In this document: in pieces, positions 24,601-31,195 of the stretch
How positions within the stretch are numbered: position 1 is the first letter of the stretch
Layout: each line of letters starts with the position of its first letter
NCBI RefSeq assembly: GCF_000012925.1
Contig: NC_007517.1
Span: forward strand, 1,320,001-1,352,000
Reading direction: 5' to 3'
Length of the DNA stretch: 32,000 nt
Source of the DNA: Geobacter metallireducens GS-15
Lineage (GTDB): Bacteria; Desulfobacterota; Desulfuromonadia; Geobacterales; Geobacteraceae
Position numbers and translations under genes: made by a program
The notes under the pieces: model-generated
Databases searched by the model: none
What the model was told of the DNA's origin: nothing
The model's input: only the letters and a program-made list of their open reading frames with translations

Positions 24601-27600
24601 CCAGCATCTCGAAGAGGGTCACGGCAACCCCTTCTTCACTGGCGGTGGTTTCCGACATCTCTTCTATGAACCGGTCGGCCAGGCTCCGCTGGGACTGCTG
24701 CAGGTAGACCTCGGCCCGGGCCCGGTCGGTGAGGAGGTTGAAGGAGAGTCGCTCCTCCTCGTCCTCGGTGATCTGGAGCCGCTGCCACCAGGGGTCCTCC
24801 TCGAAGAAGCTGGCCCGGCGCATCCCTCCTTCCAGGGGGATGACAAGGGGGGTGGCGTCGATGTCAAAGGCCCGGGAGATGTCCGGGTCGCTGCGCAACC
24901 GCGCAAGGGTTCTGGCTGCCTGTATGGCCCGGTCCTCGTACAATTCCACGAACTCCACCTCTTCGATTGGGGCGCAGTCGGCGCGGCCCGAATCGGCGAT
25001 GGCGTGGTTGGCGTCGATGATCCCCCGGAGTATGGCGGTCACCGCGTCCTGCACCGAGACGCCGCCGGCGCCGGTTCCAACGAGGAGTGCGCTGATGCCG
25101 GCGGGGCCGGGCGTGCCGCTCCTGACCGGGAGGCATTCGGCCCGCGCGACGGAATAGGCCCGCGCTCCGCGGGAGACGGCCCGCAAGAGCTGTCCCGGGG
25201 AGAGCTCACCCACGCTGCCGAGGCCAATGACGATGGCTCCGGCCGGCTTGCCGTCATTTCGTTGCGACTCCTCCCACGAGAGGTTCAGGAACACCTCGGC
25301 AGTGCCGTCGGCCCCGGGGTATACCCCGAGCTTGTGCCGTGCGCTCAGCCGGCCGTCGAGGGTCCGGTCCAGGTAGGCCTCGGCGCTGATGATGGTGTCA
25401 CCCTTGTAGTGCCCCACCAGGACCGGGTGGCCGGCAAAGGCCAGGTTTCCGTGGCGGACGCTGATCTGAATCTTGCGTTCGGTGCGGCGGGGCCGCTTCG
25501 CGCGTCCGGCCCCTACCGCGGTCCGGGCCAGGTCGGTGAAGTCGGGGTAGAGGGGCTCCTTCTCCGCCGGAAGCTCGAAACGTTCAGGCACGCCGCGGGT
25601 TTCGGGCGGGGCCGTCGGCAGTAGGTCGGTGGTGCCGCGCCGCAAGAGGTCGGTTATAGCGTCGAACCCCTCCTCGGCGCTCGGAAGGTCGCCGTGGGAG
25701 GCCTGCAGGTACCAGGCCTTGACCCCGTCCGGAATGCCGCCCTCCCACGGCACCCTGCCGTCGCCCCGGGGGGTGGCGTGGAAGACCAGCCGCTTCTTCT
25801 CCCCCGTATCCTCGATGGTCAGGTCCACCGGCGTGGCCGGCGCACAGCCGGCGATGTAGAGCATCCGCTGCGGGTCGATGGGGGAGGCGGCCAACTTCTG
25901 CCGGTTGGCGCGGGCCGCTGCCAGCGCGGCGGCGGTGGGGGGCTGCCAGGTGTCGTTTTCCGGGTCGGCGTCCGCCAGGTTCTGCCACGCCCCGGCATCG
26001 AAGAGGTCGAAGCTGGACAGGGCGGGGAGCATCTCCAGGAGGCCGGGAAACTGCGCCACGATGCTGATCAGTTCCCGCTTTCTGCGGGTTATGTCCAGCA
26101 GGGCCAGCTTGCGGATGAGGCTGTCGCGCCCGGTCAGTACCTGGGTCACCGCATGGGAGCCGCCGTTGGGGGTGCCGAGCATGATGAGGCGCGCATCGGC
26201 ACGTTCCTTCATCCGCTCCCACACCTCAGGCCGGGCCACGATCATGGCCCGGGCCACGAGTCCTCCCATGGAGTGGGCCACGATGCTCACCGGCTGTCTG
26301 TTTTTCTCGGTGGCGTCCAGGGCTTTGGTGATGGCGTCGGCGAGGCGGTTCGCCTCATCGAAGAGCGAGAGCCGCCAGTCGAAGGGGAAGGGCTCCACCC
26401 GGTGGGTTATCGCCAGGTGTTTCACCAGGTCGCCGTAGAAGAGCCAGATGGGAGCGTCCGGTTTCACCAGGTTCGGCGTACCGTAGCTCAGGAGCTGCAA
26501 TTTCCCCCGGGCAATGTCGAAGGGATCGAGCCAGATCCGGTTCTCGTCGATGGCCAGGTGGCTCCCCATGATTCCGGGCAGCACGAAGACCACCGGCGCC
26601 ATGTCGGCCACGTCCCGCTTCTCGTAGGGGGGGGTGCCGCTGTCGGTGGCCCGCACCGAAAACGTTTCGAACCCGTCCGCTTCCGAGCCGCTCCGGGAGA
26701 GGGTCCGGGCGAGGCCGTCGGCGCTGTCGGCGTTCTCGAAGTAGCTGAAGTGGTTCACATCGGGCCCGCGCCGGAAGATGAATCCGGACCCGCCGGACCG
26801 CTCACAGCCGCCGAACATGGCCTCGGTGTTCACCACCAGATCGTTGTCGTCCTGGTAGAGGGGGTCTGTCAGGAGAGTGCCGATGGCGCTCAGGACGTTG
26901 CCCCCCTCGATATCCCCGGCGATCACCCGCAGCTCCCCGGCAACGGGGGCCTTGGGCCTGTTCAGGAGCGCCACCAGGGGTGAGGAGGGGATCATGGCCT
27001 CGATTCCCGGCAGCACCGTGGGGTCGGTCCGCTCCTTGGCCACGGCCATGATCAGCTCGCTGAAGATGCTGGTGAAGATCCCGCCGGGAAGCTGGGCAAC
27101 AAAGCCGTACCCCTCCAGGAGGTTGAAGAGGACCGACAGGTAGATGTCGAGCCGCTCCGACGCAAGGGTGGTCCCCCGGGCGGGGCAGGCCACCCGCACG
27201 AATCGCTCGATCTTGAACTGCTTCTCCTTGAGGAGGGTGTTGAGGCGCTCCAGGTCTCCCCGTGCCTTGTCGGGGTTGCGTTCGGCGAAGAACGTCAGGT
27301 CGGCATCGTCGAAGGGGTCGCGCCCCCCCTCCATGCCGGACCGGCAGAGGAGTTCCCCAACCATCCCCCCCCGGGAGTGGGAGACCAGGTGGAGCCGCGC
27401 CCCGGCCGGCAACCGCTCGGCAGCGGCAATGGCGTTGTCGATGGGGTTCTTGGAGAGGGTTTCGTGCTCCAGGCCGAAGACCCGCCCCTCGTAGGGGGTG
27501 AGGAGCTGTTGCCGCTGGGGGCGGCGCTTGTCGGTCCAGAGCTTGCCGAAGCTCCCCGTCGTGGACGAGGCGGTGCCGTGGAGAAAGAGGAGCGACGGGC

Positions 27601-28132
27601 GGTCCGCCGGGAGGTCGAGCACCGCTTCGGAAACCGGCGTGATCGCCAGCTCGTCTCCCGGTAGGAACCGGTGGAGCCCGGGGCCTCGGTTCTCATCCTT
27701 TGTGCCGAGGAGATGGTTCTCCAGCTTCTCCGCGATGAAGCGGGCCGCGTCCGCCGCCACGTCGATGTTGAAGAACTTCAGGGTCTTGATGACGATCTTG
27801 CCGATGAGCCCCCGCGAGGCGCCCCGCCGTTCGATGGCGGCCGGCAGCTCCACCACCCCGTCCGCCCCTCTGGTGCCGGCCAGGCCGAGCAACTCGGTCC
27901 GCAGCCGCTCCTGGGAGGTCCAGAACCGGGTCCCGTCTTCCAGCTCCACCTCCACGATGTCGTCGGGGCGGCTCTCGATCACCGGCGTCTCCGTCCCCCC
28001 GGACCGCGCCGCGCTGATCTGGAAGGTGCGCACCTCTTTGATGGTGATCTGGCCGGTGGTTCCGGGGGGGAGCGGTCCCGTGATTTCCGTGCCGGGGATG
28101 CGGAGTTTGATGGTGGATTTATCTTCGGCCAT
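21653..28132 (-). CDS. Giant multidomain protein (2159 aa): N-terminal unknown domain, alpha/beta-hydrolase, LCAT-like lipase/acyltransferase, CHAT caspase-like protease, helical region, beta-sandwich, C-terminal TIR
   Basis: Domains read from the translation (approximate aa and nt):
- aa 175-470 (nt 26723-27610): alpha/beta hydrolase, LLFLHGTASS...LHLVSHSRGGMVG, nucleophile-elbow Ser about 253.
- aa 510-830 (nt 25643-26605): LCAT/PGAP1-like lipase, VFVLPGIMGS...PFPFDWRLS...VSIVAHSMGGLVARA.
- aa 1245-1465 (nt 23738-24400): CHAT, with the His/Cys dyad in RIVHLAGHGV and LVFVNCCHLG.
- aa 1480-1790: helical, TPR-like region.
- aa 1845-1875: Pro-rich linker.
- aa 1885-2012: beta-sandwich.
- aa 2028-2125 (nt 21758-22051): TIR, AFASYSSKDRLRVLDRV...LFLLFWSKSASESKWVGWELETAL.
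The RBS is GGAGGGAAATACC before ATG 28132. Confidence 0.9.
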   Translation of the reverse strand: MAEDKSTIKLRIPGTEITGPLPPGTTGQITIKEVRTFQISAARSGGTETPVIESRPDDIVEVELEDGTRFWTSQERLRTELLGLAGTRGADGVVELPAAIERRGASRGLIGKIVIKTLKFFNIDVAADAARFIAEKLENHLLGTKDENRGPGLHRFLPGDELAITPVSEAVLDLPADRPSLLFLHGTASSTTGSFGKLWTDKRRPQRQQLLTPYEGRVFGLEHETLSKNPIDNAIAAAERLPAGARLHLVSHSRGGMVGELLCRSGMEGGRDPFDDADLTFFAERNPDKARGDLERLNTLLKEKQFKIERFVRVACPARGTTLASERLDIYLSVLFNLLEGYGFVAQLPGGIFTSIFSELIMAVAKERTDPTVLPGIEAMIPSSPLVALLNRPKAPVAGELRVIAGDIEGGNVLSAIGTLLTDPLYQDDNDLVVNTEAMFGGCERSGGSGFIFRRGPDVNHFSYFENADSADGLARTLSRSGSEADGFETFSVRATDSGTPPYEKRDVADMAPVVFVLPGIMGSHLAIDENRIWLDPFDIARGKLQLLSYGTPNLVKPDAPIWLFYGDLVKHLAITHRVEPFPFDWRLSLFDEANRLADAITKALDATEKNRQPVSIVAHSMGGLVARAMIVARPEVWERMKERADARLIMLGTPNGGSHAVTQVLTGRDSLIRKLALLDITRRKRELISIVAQFPGLLEMLPALSSFDLFDAGAWQNLADADPENDTWQPPTAAALAAARANRQKLAASPIDPQRMLYIAGCAPATPVDLTIEDTGEKKRLVFHATPRGDGRVPWEGGIPDGVKAWYLQASHGDLPSAEEGFDAITDLLRRGTTDLLPTAPPETRGVPERFELPAEKEPLYPDFTDLARTAVGAGRAKRPRRTERKIQISVRHGNLAFAGHPVLVGHYKGDTIISAEAYLDRTLDGRLSARHKLGVYPGADGTAEVFLNLSWEESQRNDGKPAGAIVIGLGSVGELSPGQLLRAVSRGARAYSVARAECLPVRSGTPGPAGISALLVGTGAGGVSVQDAVTAILRGIIDANHAIADSGRADCAPIEEVEFVELYEDRAIQAARTLARLRSDPDISRAFDIDATPLVIPLEGGMRRASFFEEDPWWQRLQITEDEEERLSFNLLTDRARAEVYLQQSQRSLADRFIEEMSETTASEEGVAVTLFEMLVPNELKEYTLDRRDMVLVLNDTAARYPWEMMQERRRGDSTARAEKPLAVQAGMVRQLLVERFREQVVMAREATALVIGNPTTPFTNLPAAEQEAREVEKSLKNYGYTITPLIGSDATGPAIMTELFARDYRIVHLAGHGVLDYRPPVPCGSCHQQTEGNPVTGMVIGENQFLTAAQIRQMRTVPQLVFVNCCHLGKIDDRNPPRNLPNLAANVATELIRMGVRGVVAAGWAVQDDAASLFAATFYRGMLTGSTFGQAVLAARIATYAAHPEANTWGAYQCYGDPDFTLGKGDGATVPRSRGISYTAISEAIVDLENIAAAAKTSRGPAADAHLKAIRGIEQSVPPAWLACGTLQEALGRAYGELKQFAEAVDHYRRATDDDKGLATIKTAEQLWNLQSRWAQELAATDPAKALHLVTEAEERLTGLNSALGETVERLSLLGSVAKRRMMIATEVPEKQAALHAMADHYYRAYALGLERGKPSYYPLVNHLTAQTLAHLLDGEEQLPPDFESAVDKAVELAEGEHNASPDFWNTATPVDCLLLRHLAAGDLADYTGDIIDDYARAKNVGSPRQFQSVLDQLAFLKNVLSSVPQDLERQGLVAALQEIREGAEAAGSGDEKRGIGPVDIVTMRAGGSVARFTPDDMRSVDTHATITLGRPLRLKKLELSEPSQGEPSPVGAEPPPTVGGGPPPAPAPKMSGTVPDAAEELQPVQLGASAPRQAKPGSEFTARFVAYEKALEQEVQDLLTKLAPSAEPVLGIQECRWKRDTRVTVKLSGRGLTVDPPEQEFTWQGGRSLLEFDVTVPKGAEEGTIPLKFDVAIEGIIVARLRLDLEITAAPKRKRVATASGEPAKTAFASYSSKDRLRVLDRVDAIKIAAGIDVFQDCLDLNPGEEFKPRLDNEIRERDLFLLFWSKSASESKWVGWELETALTEKGEEALQLHPLDPGVDPPPGLEKLNIGSNAMWVRKGYEAVVTERGNAGPP

Positions 28133-28162
28133 GGTATTTCCCTCCGTGGAGCTATTATTTGT

Positions 28163-29710
28163 TCAATTATTTCGAAGTGCTTTACGCTTTCCAATTTCCC
28201 GAGTCATGTTCTCGGCAGGGACGACGACCGATTCGTCAAAGGAGGCAAGCAGGTCTTCAATGCCCCGATATCGATGTATGTCCAGCACCCACGGATATTT
28301 GCGGAGAGTTCCAAATGTTCCGTAGGGGTTATCTCCTTCGATTATTGGCAGAACAGGCACTTCTACATCGGGAACGATTGAGCGTAGTTCATCGGGAACG
28401 CAGTGAGGCTCCGTCAGGTCGGCAATAATGAATCTGGCCATCCGTGCAAGGAGTGTAACGGTTTCCACTTCATCGAGGGACTCTGGCCGATTGAAGTCAA
28501 AGAGTACAGGTACGTAGTTGCAGGCTCTAAGCTGATCTCGCACGGCATCGAGCACCGATTTTCGCTCTGGAGAGAAACGGCCGAGGATGAGTACAATCTT
28601 CGAGGTTATAGTGTCTACAGCTCGGCGTACCTTGGCGTTATTGAGAAGCAAATAGATAAACTGGGCCATCTCGATGTCGTCTACCGTAACCTGCGGGTGG
28701 TTCAACTTAGTGACTACCAGATCCTGTTGGTCGGCATCCTCCGCGAGTACCTCCCACGGTGAAATCCCGAAGACCAAGCATCCCCTGAGGGTGGCGCGTC
28801 TCAGATCGGTGCCGACCATTAGGGCGCCCGTCAGATTTGCATTGGTGAGGTTGGCCTCCGCAAGATCGGCCATTGTGAGGTTAGATAGACTCATGTTGAC
28901 GTTGCGAAGGTCGGCCCCAGTCAGTTTCGCATTCATGAGCACAGCCCCCTGGAGATTCGTTCCTCGGAAGATAGCGTCGCGCAAATCGGCTTCCATGAGG
29001 TTCGCGAAAGCAAGTTTAGCTCCGCTGAGATCGGCGGCGATGAGTGTTGCGCTATTGAGATAGGAATTTGAGAGGTCTGCCCGGCAGAAGGATGCATGGC
29101 GGAGGCTCGCCTCGCTAAACGTTGCGCTGAGGAGGCTGGCATCGGAAAACACCGCTTCGTTGCACTCTGCCTTGAACAGGTCTGCAGTGCCCAAGTTGAT
29201 TCCTGATAGGTCAGCACCTGTGAGGATCGCGTTCCGGAACCGGGCGCCAAAGGCTTCAGCATTTCGGAACGATGCTCCTGCCAGTCGTGCACCGGTGAAA
29301 TCGGTCCCGATCATATCGGCGCGCTCAAGGTTCGCACCTTCGAGAATGCACCCTTGCATGCCGCAGCGAAGGGTTACTCCCCGAAGACTGCTGTTGCAGA
29401 AATTTGCTCCCTGGCAGTTTGCACCGAAAAGGTTGGCACCGTCCAAATCAGTGCCGGCAAGGATGGCGCCCCGCAGATTGGTCCCCATCATCCGGCAGTT
29501 GCGAAGATTTGCGTTCCCGATGTTTGACTCTGCCAGATTCGCATCGAACAGAACTGCTCCTTCAAGGGTAGCACCTGTCAGGGCGGGGCGTATTGCTGGA
29601 TTGGTCGTTCTCCAGTTGTTCCAGATTGATATGTCGCACTGTTCAACTGCCCTTAGCAGGACGCTGAGATGCTCAGTGTCGCCTGAAAATGCTGGATTGG
29701 ACGGATTCAT
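28163..29710 (-). CDS. Pentapeptide-repeat protein with an uncharacterised alpha/beta (Rossmann/flavodoxin-like, possibly TIR-like) C-terminal domain (515 aa)
   Basis: aa about 43-315 (nt 28766-29584) are continuous A(D/N)LxX pentapeptide repeats, for example ANLAESNIGNANLRNCRMMGTNLRGAILAGTDLDGANLFGANCQGANF. aa about 368-500 (nt 28211-28609) alternate beta strands and helices: KIVLILGRF-SPERKSVLDAVRDQLRACN-YVPVLFDF-...LDEVETVTLLARMA-RFIIADLT. The RBS is GAGGGAAACAAC before ATG 29710. Confidence 0.85.
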   Translation of the reverse strand: MNPSNPAFSGDTEHLSVLLRAVEQCDISIWNNWRTTNPAIRPALTGATLEGAVLFDANLAESNIGNANLRNCRMMGTNLRGAILAGTDLDGANLFGANCQGANFCNSSLRGVTLRCGMQGCILEGANLERADMIGTDFTGARLAGASFRNAEAFGARFRNAILTGADLSGINLGTADLFKAECNEAVFSDASLLSATFSEASLRHASFCRADLSNSYLNSATLIAADLSGAKLAFANLMEADLRDAIFRGTNLQGAVLMNAKLTGADLRNVNMSLSNLTMADLAEANLTNANLTGALMVGTDLRRATLRGCLVFGISPWEVLAEDADQQDLVVTKLNHPQVTVDDIEMAQFIYLLLNNAKVRRAVDTITSKIVLILGRFSPERKSVLDAVRDQLRACNYVPVLFDFNRPESLDEVETVTLLARMARFIIADLTEPHCVPDELRSIVPDVEVPVLPIIEGDNPYGTFGTLRKYPWVLDIHRYRGIEDLLASFDESVVVPAENMTREIGKRKALRNN

Positions 29711-29763
29711 GTTGTTTCCCTCGGGGGGAGGAACTGCGGGTTTCGAACTCGTTCGCTGCTAAC

Positions 29764-29791
29764 AGTATAGGGCTGTCTGGCACCGCTTCAA
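29764..29791 (-). promoter_or_regulatory. Putative sigma70-type promoter for the pentapeptide and giant genes
   Basis: The minus strand reads TTGAAG (29786-29791), a 16-nt spacer, then TATACT (29764-29769). It lies in the 217-nt lower-GC gap between the JAB stop and the pentapeptide ATG. Confidence 0.3.
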
Positions 29792-29927
29792 GGAAACGAA
29801 CTGAAATGAGTGATAATTTTTAGGGAAGAGGCGGGTTTCTAAGGAAGTGTGTTGAGGGGAGGGGGCTGGAATTGTTTGAATAGTGAAGAGTGGGATTGCC
29901 GGGTGAGGATCCGGAAGAGGATCCGGG

Positions 29928-30632
29928 TCAGATCTCACCCCGAAAACCCAGGAGGGAAGGGCACTCGATGGTAATCAGCCGGTCGTTGTTGGCTGAGTAT
30001 TTGACGGTGCCGTTTTGTTCGTACACATAGTACGCCGATAGCCATACTTTCTTCTTCCCCAGGTTGAACTCAATCGCCTGGGATCTGGAGTTGGCGGGTT
30101 TGGCTCCCACGCCTCCCGTTCTTTTCATCCCCGCAATGGTGACGACCAGCCCTATCCGGTAGCCGTAGCTGAGGCACAGCGCCGCATTCGCTTCCAGCCA
30201 GTGGCGGTCTCCATTGGAGATATAAAAGCCTTTATCATCTCCCCGGCGGTCGCCTTCCTCCAATTCCACCGAATAGACATCGCTGACGGATTTATAGACA
30301 TGGGTGTGGTAGTCCCCGAGATATTCGAGGTTCGGCCAGAAGGCTCCCATGATGTCCGCCTTTAGTTTCATGGCATTGGTATTCGGCGTCACTGACCGTT
30401 TGTTTCTTTTTGCCGATGTATCCACATTGGCAATCTCGATCTGGTAGAGAATCCTGTTGTCCTTCAACGGCACCTGGTAGCCGAACAGGGCGCCGCACGT
30501 CTCCAGATGGGGTGTTTTCCGTTCATGTTCAACGGAATAGGCTTCGAGTCCGTTCAGGATGAGCGTTATGAGGGCATGCTCGGACAGGCGTACCACATAA
30601 CCTGTTTTTTTCTGCAGATGTGCTGTATCCAA
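29928..30632 (-). CDS. JAB/MPN (JAMM)-like metallopeptidase domain protein (234 aa)
   Basis: It has an N-terminal Glu motif typical of JAB domains (HLETCGALFGY) and an H-x-H motif (GDYHTHV). Two candidate S-x-x-D motifs follow (SVSD and SNGD), but at non-canonical spacing. The only in-frame start is TTG 30632, with GAGGT 5 nt upstream. There is no internal ATG until aa 88. Confidence 0.7.
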   Translation of the reverse strand: MDTAHLQKKTGYVVRLSEHALITLILNGLEAYSVEHERKTPHLETCGALFGYQVPLKDNRILYQIEIANVDTSAKRNKRSVTPNTNAMKLKADIMGAFWPNLEYLGDYHTHVYKSVSDVYSVELEEGDRRGDDKGFYISNGDRHWLEANAALCLSYGYRIGLVVTIAGMKRTGGVGAKPANSRSQAIEFNLGKKKVWLSAYYVYEQNGTVKYSANNDRLITIECPSLLGFRGEI

Positions 30633-30690
30633 GGATACCTCGCGTCAGGATTCAGAGATTTTTCGTTCTCGTTATTGGCGAAAATGCGGG

Positions 30691-31155
30691 CTACTCCCGA
30701 TCATCTTGCCGGGCGAGCAGGGTTTCGAGCATCGTCTGGAGTTCGGCAATGGCGATATTCTGAGCGGCGAGGTTCTCCAACACTTCCTTGACCTCCACTT
30801 CCGCCTTGAGATTGACCTCGTAATCGTTGTGGGCCTCGATCCGGTCGCGAGCCGCCTGCCGGTTCTGGCTCATCATGATCATTGGCGCCGTATAGGCTGC
30901 CTGGAGGGACAGGACAAGGTTCATCAGGATGAACGGATACGGATCCCAGTGTCGGACCCAGGCGGTAACGTTGAGCAGCGCCCAGAGGGTAAGGAGCACA
31001 GACTGCCCGATGATGAATTCCCATGAGCCGACCCTGGCGGCGATCCAGTCCGCCGCCTTTTGGCCTATGGTCAGCTGTTCCGTGATGACTTCGTTGACGT
31101 TTTTGACCGGCGCGTGTTCATGTTTGTATGGCGCAGGGAATGTTGGTCTTTTCAT
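30691..31155 (-). CDS. DUF1003-family membrane protein
   Basis: The hallmark segments are GSWEFIIGQSVLLTLWALLN...WDPYPFILMNLVLSLQAAYTAPMIMMSQNRQAARDR...DYEVNLKAEVEV (family recalled from memory). The preferred start is ATG 31155 (MKRPTF). Confidence 0.75.
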   Translation of the reverse strand: MKRPTFPAPYKHEHAPVKNVNEVITEQLTIGQKAADWIAARVGSWEFIIGQSVLLTLWALLNVTAWVRHWDPYPFILMNLVLSLQAAYTAPMIMMSQNRQAARDRIEAHNDYEVNLKAEVEVKEVLENLAAQNIAIAELQTMLETLLARQDDRE

Positions 31156-31195
31156 GGGGGCACCTCTCTCTTCCCTTCGGCTATTCAACGTTTCT

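Noticed and set aside
23360-25624. A 754-aa ORF on the plus strand, antisense to the giant CHAT-TIR gene. Similar antisense ORFs lie at 25694-26983, 27498-28325 and 27671-28381.
   Set aside because: The translations are Gly/Arg/Pro/Val-rich low-complexity strings with no motifs. These are typical open antisense frames in GC-rich coding DNA. The minus-strand frame carries clear hydrolase, CHAT and TIR motifs.
29778-29793. A TGGCAC element resembling the -24 box of a sigma54 promoter.
   Set aside because: It is on the plus strand, where there is no downstream gene. It also lacks the TTGC(A/T) -12 element at the correct spacing. It falls in the spacer of the putative minus-strand sigma70 promoter.
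29900-29927. A GAGGATCCGG direct repeat with palindromic GGATCC cores just after the JAB stop, as a possible terminator.
   Set aside because: Only a 6-bp stem can form and there is no U-tract, so support for a terminator or protein site is insufficient.
4369-30632. The idea that the cGAMP-type riboswitches plus the JAB, TIR and lipase genes constitute a CBASS-like system.
   Set aside because: The window has no CD-NTase/cyclase and no cyclic-nucleotide receptor domain (SAVED, STING, CARF). The riboswitches sit in front of a cytochrome and a protease, not the effector genes. In Geobacter, cGAMP riboswitches are housekeeping regulators of electron-transfer genes.
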